A stretch of DNA of 64,000 nucleotides from assembly GCA_041615815.1 (NCBI GenBank), contig JBFJCP010000014.1, positions 32,001 to 96,000 of the forward strand, written 5' to 3'. The translations under genes and the position numbers were made by a program. Positions 10,196-19,153 of the stretch are shown one piece after another. Source of the DNA: Gemmatimonadales bacterium. Its GTDB lineage: Bacteria; Gemmatimonadota; Gemmatimonadetes; Gemmatimonadales; GWC2-71-9. Numbering within the stretch: position 1 is the stretch's first letter; each line of letters starts with the position of its first letter. Under the pieces are notes generated by a model that was not told where the DNA came from, ran no database searches, and worked only from the letters and a program-made list of their open reading frames with translations.

Positions 10196-10224
10196 TTGCC
10201 ACGACCGAACGGGTTTTCTAGGAT
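10196..10224 (+). promoter_or_regulatory. Putative sigma70 promoter upstream of pterin dehydratase
   Basis: TTGCCA (10196-10201), 17 nt, TAGGAT (10219-10224). Confidence 0.45.
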
Positions 10225-10292
10225 TCACTGGGAACGGGATGTAGAAGAGCGCGTGCGACACCAATCGATGCCGAGGGGGAGATCGAGAATCC

Positions 10293-10628
10293 ATGGCCAG
10301 CAAACTCGCTGCGAAGCAGTGCGTACCGTGTAAGGGAGGTGTCCCGCCGCTTCGGGGCGGGGAGATCACGCAGTTGTTGGACCAGTTGGGGGGTGGGTGG
10401 AAGGCCGTCGACGGTCACCACCTGGCGAAGGAATACAAGTTCAAGGATTTCGCCGAGGCGTTGGCCTTCACCAATCGCGTGGGCGCCATTGCGGAGGACC
10501 AGGGTCATCATCCCAATATCTACCTGACCTGGGGAAAGGTGGGCCTCGAGATCTGGACCCATAAGATCGACGGGCTGACGGAAAGCGACTTCGTGCTCGC
10601 AGCCAAGGCGGACGAAGCGCTCGACTAG
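10293..10628 (+). CDS. phhB: Pterin-4-alpha-carbinolamine dehydratase
   Basis: CVPC N-terminus, FKDFAEALAFTNRVGAIAE, GHHP, WTHKIDGLTESDFVLAAK. Confidence 0.9.
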   Translation: MASKLAAKQCVPCKGGVPPLRGGEITQLLDQLGGGWKAVDGHHLAKEYKFKDFAEALAFTNRVGAIAEDQGHHPNIYLTWGKVGLEIWTHKIDGLTESDFVLAAKADEALD

Positions 10629-10632
10629 CGGG

Positions 10633-12249
10633 CTACGCAATACATCGCTCAATGAGGTCGTCGTAGCCATCTCGAGTCGGGTCCTGGGGTAGGTGCCGCA
10701 GGGTCGTCAGTTCGGCTCGGGCGCGAATGCCCGGTTCGTCGATTCCCGCGAGCGCACCCAGGTGGATCCACGACCCAAGGCGGTCGCAGACACGTCGCAA
10801 TAGCAGGGTGTCCTGCTCCTTCAGGCACCGGTCGAACGCCCGGCGATCGGGTCGCAGCCTGCCGGGCTCGAGCCGCTCCTCGAGCTGGGCAAAGAAGCCG
10901 TCGTGGAGTCCCAGTCGGAGGGCATCGTTCAGTACCTGCATCCGCAGCGTGTGGTTGGTGCCCTCCCAGTTTTCGAAGACCACATTGTCTCGCAGCAGGC
11001 GCGGCAGGACGCTGAAGGTCTCGATGGTGCCGTTGCCTCCCAGAATCTCGATCGCTCGGGTGATGGCATCGTGCGATAGATAGGAGGTCCGCACCTTGTT
11101 GAGGTTGAGACCCATCCGCAGAAAGGCTGTTTCGTCGTCGGGACCCTCACCGCTATCGACGCGCTGCTGGATCTGAGCGAGCCAGAAGGAACCCGCCAGC
11201 GCGGCTTCAGCATCGGCACGGATCATAGCAAGCGTTTCCTTGACCAACGGATAGCGGATGATGGTCTCGCCGAAGGCACGGCGGTGCTCGGCGTAGCCGC
11301 GTGCCACCAGGTAGGCTCGATGCGCGAGGGCCGCGCACGCGAACGCGTTGTAGAGACGGCTGGTGTCGATGATGAGCTCCATGGTATTGCGGAACCCGCG
11401 CTCGAGCGGCCCAAGCTGCTCGGCGTAGGCCCCCTCGAAACCGATCTCGGCCGTCACCATCGAGCGCGTACCCAGCTTGTCCTTCAAGCGCTTCAGCACG
11501 AAGCCGTTCGGCTCGCCACCGATCCGCCGGGGCACGAGAAACAACCCCAGCCCTTTGGTGCCCTCTGCGGCCCCCTCCGGCCGGGCCGTGACCAAGAACA
11601 GGTCCGCATCGGCGCTCGAACAGAACCACTTCTCACCCGTGATGCGCCAGCTGCCACCGGCCTCTCGGTGGGCGACCACGGCGTTGGCCCCCACGTCCGA
11701 GCCCCCCTGCACCTCGGTCAGGAATTGGGCACCCGCACAGTGGTCGCCATACACCGGGGTGAGCAGCCGGGGAAGCCACGCCGCTTTCTGCTCGTCGGTA
11801 CCGAGGGACTGAAGAGCCCGAATTGCACCGGCGGTGCACGCTAGCGGGCAGTTGTGGCCACCTTCACCGACGTGAGCCGACAAGTAGAAGAGGGAGAGGA
11901 TGAAGGGATGCGGATTGGGGATCGCTGCGTAGGCCGCCATCACCCCGCTCCCATAGATGAGGCTGCCAGCCCGGTGGTAGCTCGGATGGTGGGCGATTTT
12001 GGCCACGTAGCGGCCGATACCGTCGAACGTGTCCAGCACCGGCAGGTTCCCGGCTTGGTTGTTCTCAATGACCGCGGAATCCAGCGGCCCCGCCGCCACC
12101 GCACCAAAAGCCTCGAGGGCCGAACTACGGTTTCCCAGCCCTGCCCTGTCCACCAGCATCTGCAGCAGAGGGTCGGCGTGGTAGAAGTTTTTTGGCTGCG
12201 CCGCCAGCCATTCGCTGAGCGCCCTGCGGCCTTCTTCGACAGCCCTCAT
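10633..12249 (-). CDS. Acyl-CoA dehydrogenase (AidB-like subgroup)
   Basis: QFLTEVQGGSDVG, GEKWFCS, RLKDKLGTRS, RRAFG, EILGGNG, WEGT; GAGGAG SD 7 nt before ATG 12249. Confidence 0.88.
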   Translation of the reverse strand: MRAVEEGRRALSEWLAAQPKNFYHADPLLQMLVDRAGLGNRSSALEAFGAVAAGPLDSAVIENNQAGNLPVLDTFDGIGRYVAKIAHHPSYHRAGSLIYGSGVMAAYAAIPNPHPFILSLFYLSAHVGEGGHNCPLACTAGAIRALQSLGTDEQKAAWLPRLLTPVYGDHCAGAQFLTEVQGGSDVGANAVVAHREAGGSWRITGEKWFCSSADADLFLVTARPEGAAEGTKGLGLFLVPRRIGGEPNGFVLKRLKDKLGTRSMVTAEIGFEGAYAEQLGPLERGFRNTMELIIDTSRLYNAFACAALAHRAYLVARGYAEHRRAFGETIIRYPLVKETLAMIRADAEAALAGSFWLAQIQQRVDSGEGPDDETAFLRMGLNLNKVRTSYLSHDAITRAIEILGGNGTIETFSVLPRLLRDNVVFENWEGTNHTLRMQVLNDALRLGLHDGFFAQLEERLEPGRLRPDRRAFDRCLKEQDTLLLRRVCDRLGSWIHLGALAGIDEPGIRARAELTTLRHLPQDPTRDGYDDLIERCIA

Positions 12250-12281
12250 TGCGGCACTCCTCAAGAAAAACGTCACACGCG

Positions 12282-12349
12282 AAAAAAACGTAACACGGGG
12301 GCGTCCGGCACGCCTACCCGGCGCCGCATCCGGTGCCTGGGAATCCCCC
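12282..12349 (-). terminator. Possible imperfect intrinsic terminator after the small peptide gene
   Basis: Minus strand GGGGG-AT-TCC-CA-GGCAC...GTGCC-GGA-CG-CCCCC followed after 8 nt by a T7 run. Confidence 0.3.
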
Positions 12350-12378
12350 TGCCGGGTCGTCGAGCTGCCGGTGGGACG

Positions 12379-12573
12379 CTATTGAAGCGGCGGCTTGGGG
12401 ACCAACACCACCCGGCAGCACAGCGGACCGTAGCATTCCCCGAAACAAATGAGACTGCCGAAGATGTAATACGGCTGAAGAAACGATTGGGCGCGCACAG
12501 GACTCGGCATTGCCGACGCGCCGACCGTCAGCGCGAGCATCAACCACGCGTGCTTCACGAAGCGCATGAACAT
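12379..12573 (-). CDS. Small secreted Cys-rich peptide (64 aa; predicted 36 aa mature, C-x3-C-x4-CC)
   Basis: [10 protein letters not shown] 7 nt before ATG 12573; MFMRFVKHAWLMLALTVGASAMPSPVRA signal peptide, then QSFLQPYYIFGSLICFGECYGPLCCRVVLVPKPPLQ. Confidence 0.72.
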   Translation of the reverse strand: MFMRFVKHAWLMLALTVGASAMPSPVRAQSFLQPYYIFGSLICFGECYGPLCCRVVLVPKPPLQ

Positions 12574-13103
12574 CGCTGAACCTCCTCCGGTACGAGTGAG
12601 CCTTCCGGACAGGCGCACTCCTCATGGCTCATTCCTTGTTGAACGTCGATTGAATCGACGGCGAATCCGACCGGGCGGGCCGCTGGCACCCACACGGCAA
12701 TGACGGTGTCGTGCCGCACCACGTACAGGGCTGGCACGGATGCGCGGCCGAACATCTTGCGGTGCGCCCCGCGGTTCAGCCGACTCACGCGCGCCACGAT
12801 GCGTTCGGCCTCGAGGAAGGCTCGGACCCGGTCCTCCCCACGTCCGACGACGACGACTTGAATTGCCGCTTCCATTGGGATGCCGGACCATCGACGGAGC
12901 GCCCGGCTCGGCGTCCGGCATGTCAGGCAGTCTTGAGCGCGGATCACCCACGTAATGAGCAGCGGGGCCCGCCCGGTGGGACGCAGCAGCGGTGGGGCTC
13001 CATCCCCGACCTCGAGCGAACGGGTGCTTCCACCCCGCCCACACCACGCTACGCCGCCCATTGCTACGACGGCAATGATGAGCCGAGCCGTCCTACGCGC
13101 CAT
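12555..13103 (-). CDS. Membrane-anchored thioredoxin-fold (CxxC) protein
   Basis: N-terminal anchor, LEVGDGAP, LLITWVIRAQDCLTC, and cis-Pro-like SVPALYVV, consistent with a TlpA/redoxin-like fold. Confidence 0.6.
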   Translation of the reverse strand: MARRTARLIIAVVAMGGVAWCGRGGSTRSLEVGDGAPPLLRPTGRAPLLITWVIRAQDCLTCRTPSRALRRWSGIPMEAAIQVVVVGRGEDRVRAFLEAERIVARVSRLNRGAHRKMFGRASVPALYVVRHDTVIAVWVPAARPVGFAVDSIDVQQGMSHEECACPEGSLVPEEVQRCSCAS

Positions 13104-14098
13104 CGGTTTGGAACCATGGCTTCGGGATCCACAAAAACCAGACGGCCGGCGTCATCCACGGCGAGCAACCGTGGGGTATCCTCGACCTCGAAAAGCCCCC
13201 GCCCCCCCAACGTCATCGCCAGGAGATTCCAGCGAACGGTGGAGCCTTCCATGTCGTAGTACTGGAGCAGCAGTGTGTCCCCGCCCGTCCAAAACACCTC
13301 CGAGAGCCGAGAGAACGACTGGAGCCACTGCTGCACGGCTCGGGCATTGACGCGCGGTGGCGGGTCATGGACGTCCCGAAAGTGCCGGGACGGGAGGGGA
13401 ACGCGGCGGTGCTCCGTGCTTCCCAAGCCAAACAGGTGCACGGCCGGATCCGTTGCGAACACGGCGATCACCAGTGAATCGCGCTGCGTCGCATGGGCGT
13501 GACCGACCATCCACACGACACTCGCCAGGCTCGGGCGGACCCGTGGAACCGGAAAGAGGCGTGCTGTGACGGTCTGCTCCCCCGTGTCCCACACATGGAG
13601 GAGCCGAGTGTCCGCTCGGTTTGGACCCCGCCCCATCAGCAACAGGGTTTCTCGATCCAGCCCGACGAAACCATAGAGCGGGATCAACGACGTCACGGCG
13701 GTCCCGGTGACCTGACCAAGGGAGTCGAAGGTGCTCAGCCGACCGGAGAACTCGCTCACGATCATGGAGCCGTCTGCCAGCAAGCCTGCCGCCATGGGTG
13801 GCGTCGAGAACTCTCCCGGGCCGGTGCCATGAGCGCCGACGGTGCGCGTGAGTGTCCCGTCCAAGCGGTACTGACGTACTTGGTATTCCTTCATGTCCGC
13901 CACCAGGTATCCGCTCGTATCGACGCGGACACGAGGCGAGACATTGATGACCCGCGCGTTTTCTTCGAGCGAGATGGACCGTTCCCACACCACCACCTCA
14001 TCCAAGCGTCGCTCGACCGCCATCGGGCGCTCGCCACCTTGGGTACTACAGGCACCAATGCCCAGCGACACGAGGATGCCGGTCCGGTGGATGTGCAT
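13064..14098 (-). CDS. 6-bladed (NHL/TolB-like) beta-propeller lipoprotein
   Basis: Lipobox LGIGA-C after ATG 14098; YLVAD..YQVRQYRLDG..RTVGAHGTGPGEF motif typical of this family. Confidence 0.75.
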   Translation of the reverse strand: MHIHRTGILVSLGIGACSTQGGERPMAVERRLDEVVVWERSISLEENARVINVSPRVRVDTSGYLVADMKEYQVRQYRLDGTLTRTVGAHGTGPGEFSTPPMAAGLLADGSMIVSEFSGRLSTFDSLGQVTGTAVTSLIPLYGFVGLDRETLLLMGRGPNRADTRLLHVWDTGEQTVTARLFPVPRVRPSLASVVWMVGHAHATQRDSLVIAVFATDPAVHLFGLGSTEHRRVPLPSRHFRDVHDPPPRVNARAVQQWLQSFSRLSEVFWTGGDTLLLQYYDMEGSTVRWNLLAMTLGGRGLFEVEDTPRLLAVDDAGRLVFVDPEAMVPNRWRVGRLGSSLPS

Positions 14099-14217
14099 GC
14101 GGCCCGCCCTTGGAAAAGCCGGTGGCAAGCTGCAACGAGAAACCGACGACGGAGTAGGAAAAAACCGCTGTTGTGGACCGGAAAAACGCGGGGAGGGGAG
14201 GCTTGACGTGAGCAATG

Positions 14218-14295
14218 GGACGGTGAGAAGGTGTGACGGTTGGACGGTGAGGAGTGGCGCTGGCGACTTTCTAACCTTTTGACCTTCCGGCCGTC
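14218..14295. repeat. Short inverted array of degenerate 8-mers
   Basis: GGACGGTG AGAAGGTG TGACGGTT GGACGGTG, then complementary-sense CGACTTTC TAACCTTT TGACCTTC CGGCCGTC. Confidence 0.4.
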
Positions 14296-14322
14296 ACGAA
14301 CGTCCCGCCTTCCAACTTCTGC

Positions 14323-16431
14323 TCATCCGACGCGAAACAGCTCCATACCGCGTTCGTAGCGCCGCTCGATCCTCGCGCGCAGCGGTGCGTGGCGGGGCGT
14401 GGAGAGATTGGGATCCGCCTCGATGATCCGCAGGGCTGCTTCCCGCGCCGCCGTCACCAGATCGCCATCCGTGGCGAGATTGGCGTAGCGAAGGTTGAAT
14501 CCGCCCGATTGGCGCACACCTGCCAACTCACCGATCCCGCGGTCCTGCAGATCTTGATCGGCGATCTTGAAGCCATCCGCCGTTCGGGCAAACCGCCGCA
14601 AGCGCTCGACCGTTTGGGGACTCGCACTCACCAGCAGAATGCAATGACTTTCATTGGCGCCGCGACCCACGCGACCACGCAGTTGATGGAGCTGCGCCAG
14701 ACCGAACCGTTCGGGGTGCTCGATCAGCATCACCGCTGCGTTGGGAACGTCGATCCCAACCTCGATGACGGTGGTCGAAACGAGTACATGGAGATCGCCG
14801 TCACGGAACCGGCGCATCGTTGCCTCACGCTCGTCCGCTCGCATGCGGCCATGAATCAACCCCACGGTAAACGGCGCCAATCGCTGTCTGAGCACGTCAG
14901 CCATCGTCGTGGCCGCTTTGAGATCTACCTTCTCTGATTCCTCGATCACCGGATACACGACGTACGCCTGACGACCGGCGGCACATTGTTGCTGGATGAA
15001 CTCGTACACCGTGCGCCGGTCCTTCTCAAACCGCACGCCGGTCTTGACCGTGGGGCGGTTGGCCGGTCGTTGCTTGAGGATCGAAATGTCGAGATCGCCG
15101 TAAAGCGTGAGGGCGAGCGTGCGGGGGATGGGTGTGGCGGAAAGGAGCAAGACCTCCGGTGCTTCCCCCTTTTCGATCAGGGCGGCCCGTTGTTCCACCC
15201 CGAACCGATGTTGCTCGTCGATCACCACCAATCCGAGCCGCCGGAAATCCGTCTGTTCCTGAATGAGCGCATGGGTCCCCACGATCACTTTCGAATGTCC
15301 GGCGGCCACCCGTTCCCGTATAGACGCCTTCTCGCCCGCCGACAACCGACCCACGAGCACTTCCGGGACGATGCCCAGTGGCGCGAGCAGCTCGGCGATC
15401 GTGCGGCCGTGTTGTTCGGCGAGGAGCTCGGTGGGCGCCATGAAGACCGCCTGCGCATCGTTCTCCACCGCCAGCAGCATGGCGAAGAGCGCGACGATCG
15501 TCTTGCCGGTCCCCACATCCCCCATCAGAAGTCGATGCATGCGAACGTCTGAAGTCATGTCTGCCGTGGCCTCCCGAATGGCGCGCTTTTGATCGTCGGT
15601 CAGCTCGAATGGCAGCGAGCGCTTGAGCCGGGACGTGAGCTCGCGCTTGATCTCGAAGGACATCCCCTTCGTCGCGCGCTTGGCAAGATGGCGCGCCCGT
15701 GCCACTACGAGCTGTAGATCGAACAGTTCGTCGTACGCGAGACGGCGGCGGCCGGCTTCCCAGCTCGGCTCAGCAGCAGCGGCACCGGTGGCCGCAGGTG
15801 GACGGTGGAGGAGATCCAATGCCTTGGCGAGCGGCAGGAGTTTGGCTCTCTGCCGTACCTGTGCCGGCAGGTGATCCTCCACCGTTTCGAGGATCGCATC
15901 CAGGTGATCGGCAATCACATTACGAATGACGCGATGAGACAGACCCTCCGTGGCGGGATAGATCGGGATCATGAGGCCTGCGCCGTCTCCTATCGTGTCT
16001 GGCGCATTCGCGGTTCCGGCCGATTCCTCCAACACGATCTGCTCCCGAGGCACTACCTGCCGACCGTGGTAGTACTTGATCGGACCAGCCACCAGCAGCA
16101 GTTGCCCGGGCTTGATCATCCGATCCAGAAATGCTTGGCCCGGCCACGCGCACTCGATGACACCCGAGGCGTCTCGCAGCACGGCGCGAAAAATTCGGAG
16201 CCGCTTGCGGGTGGGCATCACGGCTTTGGACACGACCCGTCCCACAAACGTGCCCTCCGCTCCCACGACGGCTTTCGCGATGGGCGTGACGGAGGTGGCG
16301 TCCAGATATCGATGGGGGGTGTGATACAGGAGATCCTCGACGGTTCGAACGCCCAGCCGCTCAAACGCCTCGGCGCGCCGTGGCCCCACGCCTTTCAGGA
16401 ACTGAACCGGGGTATCCAGCCGGAATGCCAT
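14323..16431 (-). CDS. recG: ATP-dependent DNA helicase RecG
   Basis: LKGVGP wedge start, GDVGTGKT, IDEQHRFGV, SATPIPRTL, QLHQLRGRVGRG. Confidence 0.96.
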   Translation of the reverse strand: MAFRLDTPVQFLKGVGPRRAEAFERLGVRTVEDLLYHTPHRYLDATSVTPIAKAVVGAEGTFVGRVVSKAVMPTRKRLRIFRAVLRDASGVIECAWPGQAFLDRMIKPGQLLLVAGPIKYYHGRQVVPREQIVLEESAGTANAPDTIGDGAGLMIPIYPATEGLSHRVIRNVIADHLDAILETVEDHLPAQVRQRAKLLPLAKALDLLHRPPAATGAAAAEPSWEAGRRRLAYDELFDLQLVVARARHLAKRATKGMSFEIKRELTSRLKRSLPFELTDDQKRAIREATADMTSDVRMHRLLMGDVGTGKTIVALFAMLLAVENDAQAVFMAPTELLAEQHGRTIAELLAPLGIVPEVLVGRLSAGEKASIRERVAAGHSKVIVGTHALIQEQTDFRRLGLVVIDEQHRFGVEQRAALIEKGEAPEVLLLSATPIPRTLALTLYGDLDISILKQRPANRPTVKTGVRFEKDRRTVYEFIQQQCAAGRQAYVVYPVIEESEKVDLKAATTMADVLRQRLAPFTVGLIHGRMRADEREATMRRFRDGDLHVLVSTTVIEVGIDVPNAAVMLIEHPERFGLAQLHQLRGRVGRGANESHCILLVSASPQTVERLRRFARTADGFKIADQDLQDRGIGELAGVRQSGGFNLRYANLATDGDLVTAAREAALRIIEADPNLSTPRHAPLRARIERRYERGMELFRVG

Positions 16432-17357
16432 CACTCCGCCAGGAGTCGCTCCGCGAACCGCTCAGGGTCGAACGGCTCGAGATCCTCGAGATCTTCCCCG
16501 ACGCCGACGAACTTGATGGGGATGCCGAGCTCACGGTGGAGCAGCAGCACCGCACCTCCTTTCGCCGTCCCATCCAGCTTGGTGATCACCAGGCCGCTCA
16601 CCGGCACGGCTTTCGTGAATGCCCGTCCCTGTTGCAGGGCATTCTGCCCGACGGTCCCGTCGAGCACGAGCAGCGTTTCGTGGGGTGCTCCTTCGCGGCG
16701 TCGCGCGGCCACGCGGGCGATCTTGGCCAACTCCTTCATCAAGTCGCCTTGTGTGTGGAGCCGCCCGGCGGTGTCCACGAGAACGACCGTCGCCCCTCGG
16801 GCGGTCGCCGCTTCAATGGCATCGTAGACGACGGCGGCTGGATCTCCGCCGGCAGAACCGGTGACGCAGTCCACGCCGAGGCGGGTGGCCCATTCCTGCA
16901 GCTGCTCGCTCGCACCGGCCCGATACGTGTCCGCCGCCGCCAGTAGGACCCGATGGCCCTCGCGGCCCAACCGGTGTGCCAGCTTGGCGATTTGTGTCGT
17001 CTTCCCCACCCCGTTGACCCCGAGCACGAGCACGACCGCCGGGCCGTGGCCGTCGCCCAGATCGAGTCCCGTCCCACCCGCTTCCGGCGGGCACGCCGCC
17101 ACGATCTGCGTTTTCAGCCAATCCCGCACGCCCATCGAGTCCTTGAGCACCCCGCGGCGAAGTTGATCTTCTACCCCTTCCGCGAGGTCGAAAGCCAACG
17201 GCCCAAAGTCGGCTTCGATCATGACCCGTTCGAACGCGTCGAGTGTTCCATGATCCAAGCCCTTCACCAACACGCCTACATCCGTCAGGGCGACCTGCTT
17301 GATCCTTTGCCAGAGACTCTTCTTCACGGAAGCCCTCGGCGTTGCCGCCAAGCCCAC
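16431..17357 (-). CDS. ftsY: SRP receptor FtsY (no acidic A domain)
   Basis: GVNGVGKTT, DTYRAGA, DTAGRLH, TKLDGTAKGG, GVGEDLEDL. Confidence 0.95.
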   Translation of the reverse strand: MGLAATPRASVKKSLWQRIKQVALTDVGVLVKGLDHGTLDAFERVMIEADFGPLAFDLAEGVEDQLRRGVLKDSMGVRDWLKTQIVAACPPEAGGTGLDLGDGHGPAVVLVLGVNGVGKTTQIAKLAHRLGREGHRVLLAAADTYRAGASEQLQEWATRLGVDCVTGSAGGDPAAVVYDAIEAATARGATVVLVDTAGRLHTQGDLMKELAKIARVAARRREGAPHETLLVLDGTVGQNALQQGRAFTKAVPVSGLVITKLDGTAKGGAVLLLHRELGIPIKFVGVGEDLEDLEPFDPERFAERLLAE

Positions 17358-19153
17358 TCACCCACGAACGCGGCAATGGCCAGCACGAACAGCCACCACC
17401 GTCCCCGCGGATGATCCTCGACCAACGTGAATGCTTCACCCGCTCGCGCGGCGGCGGTCATGACGGCCCGAGGAGAGAATTCATCGGAGTATGCCTCCAC
17501 CGCGGCCTGTCCCCGTGCTCCCCGCGCTTCCGGTGCCGCCCATTGGTAGATGCCGGGGGCGAGGAGAACCGAGGCCACGCCCCCAGCGTCGAAACGCAGC
17601 CATCGCGTCACCGTGGCGGTGTCGCCGGTCAGGGTCACGGCGAGACTGTCGGGAATGGAGTCCCCGCGCCACTCGAACACGATAGGCATTCCCCGCTGCA
17701 CCACGGGACTGGCCGTGAGCAGTAGGCCGCTGGCGGCGGACCCACGATCCGCCAACAGCCAGTCGGTGCCGGCGGCGAGGATGGCCCGATAGGCCTCGCG
17801 CGCGGCGCCTCCCCGAAACCGCCAACGCCACAGCCCCTCGCCGGCGGTGGTCAGCGTGCGAATCCCCACCGAGTCTTTCCCGATGAGCACCGCTCGCTCT
17901 GCCCCGCGGCGGCCCTGTCGCGCCGCGAGCGCGACCCACTCCATCTGGGTCGGTACGAGCGGGACCACCCCGGCCAACGGCGCGAGGGAGTCCCATTCGA
18001 GTCCAGCCAGCCGACCCGCCAGCGGTGAGACGGGGAGATCCGGCGCGAGATACCAATCGCCCTCGAACGTCTCGAGTCTGGGATCCGCCGCGGGCCAGAG
18101 CCAGACGGGGCGCCGACCCCGCCCCAGGGCCAGCTCGCGCCGACCTCGGACGATCAGGAGCCCAGCCCCGCGCGCGGCGGTCCGGACCTGTGCCTCGGAC
18201 ACGCGGCTGAGTGTACGCATGTCGAGCCAGCTGGTGGGCGTGACACGGGCAAACCCGCGGACCGTAGTGCGGGCCACATCCGAGAGCTCGGTCACGAGGA
18301 AGCGTCCTTCCCAGTCCGGCGGATCGACGACGACCACGATCGCAGGTTGCTCCGATACGTCCACGACGAGCAGCCGCTCATCGTCGCGTGACTCCTGGTC
18401 ATCCGCCACCTCGACCCTCACACGCAACACCTGGGGTCCCGAGGGAAGAACCCGGGGCGGCAGCGTCACGGTCCGGCGTGCACTACCGGGCGCGGGCGGC
18501 AGAGCCACGGTCGTGCGCAGCAGTCGGCGCTCCCCAATGGCGACCGTGACGACGCCAGAATCAGCGGCCAACGGTCCCCACGTTGCGAGGGTCAGTGTGA
18601 GGGTGAGCGAGTCATTCCGCTGGAGACGCTGCGGCGCATTCACTCCCGTAACCGCCGCCGTGGCTACCGTGTCGCGTGCGAGCATCACGAAGCGGGTTCC
18701 CGGCGTGAGGGCGGGCGGTAGGCTCGCGGCGTCCTCGATTTCTCCGTCGGTCACCACCACGGTGGGTCCGCCGCGCGCCCTCGCCGCGGTGAGGGCGTCG
18801 CGGAGCCGTGTGGCTCCGCCTTCGGGGGCGGTGGTATCGAAGGGCGCCACCGCGGTGCCAAAACGCAGCACGGTACCGCCACGCGTGGTGAGCGCGAGTG
18901 CGGTGTCGACCGCGGCAGACCACTGTCCTCCGGTGCTCTGCATACTCAGGGAGGCATCGAGGAGGACGGTGGGCGCCCCACCCGATACGCGTCGGGTGCG
19001 GACAGGATTCACGAACAGCAGCACAAGCGCGCCCAGCGCGATCACCCGGAGCGTCGCGAGCCCCGCGCCGTGCCACCCCTGGCGCTCGTGCCAGAGGTAG
19101 ACGTACCCCGCCGCAAGGGCCGCAAGCACGATCACGACGCTCACGGCAAGCAC
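17324..19153 (-). CDS. vWA-like domain membrane protein
   Basis: N-terminal TM helices, MIDAS-like LLDASLSM and VVTDGE, LWRWRF, C-terminal EWAWRQRRGLP motif. Confidence 0.7.
   Translation of the reverse strand: MLAVSVVIVLAALAAGYVYLWHERQGWHGAGLATLRVIALGALVLLFVNPVRTRRVSGGAPTVLLDASLSMQSTGGQWSAAVDTALALTTRGGTVLRFGTAVAPFDTTAPEGGATRLRDALTAARARGGPTVVVTDGEIEDAASLPPALTPGTRFVMLARDTVATAAVTGVNAPQRLQRNDSLTLTLTLATWGPLAADSGVVTVAIGERRLLRTTVALPPAPGSARRTVTLPPRVLPSGPQVLRVRVEVADDQESRDDERLLVVDVSEQPAIVVVVDPPDWEGRFLVTELSDVARTTVRGFARVTPTSWLDMRTLSRVSEAQVRTAARGAGLLIVRGRRELALGRGRRPVWLWPAADPRLETFEGDWYLAPDLPVSPLAGRLAGLEWDSLAPLAGVVPLVPTQMEWVALAARQGRRGAERAVLIGKDSVGIRTLTTAGEGLWRWRFRGGAAREAYRAILAAGTDWLLADRGSAASGLLLTASPVVQRGMPIVFEWRGDSIPDSLAVTLTGDTATVTRWLRFDAGGVASVLLAPGIYQWAAPEARGARGQAAVEAYSDEFSPRAVMTAAARAGEAFTLVEDHPRGRWWLFVLAIAAFVGEWAWRQRRGLP

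Noticed and set aside
12379..12573. Radical-SAM RiPP (sacti/ranthipeptide) precursor
   Set aside because: The peptide has a Sec signal rather than a leader, and no SPASM rSAM or peptidase-ABC transporter is nearby; the only rSAM in the window is MtaB.
12314..13047. Alternative-frame ORFs 12314-12625 and 12622-13047 over the peptide cassette
   Set aside because: Arg/Pro-rich with no domain features; the chosen frames have the SD, signal peptide and CxxC.
14218..14320. CRISPR array
   Set aside because: Units are only 8 bp and degenerate with no spacers; no cas genes or 25-40 bp repeats noticed in the window.
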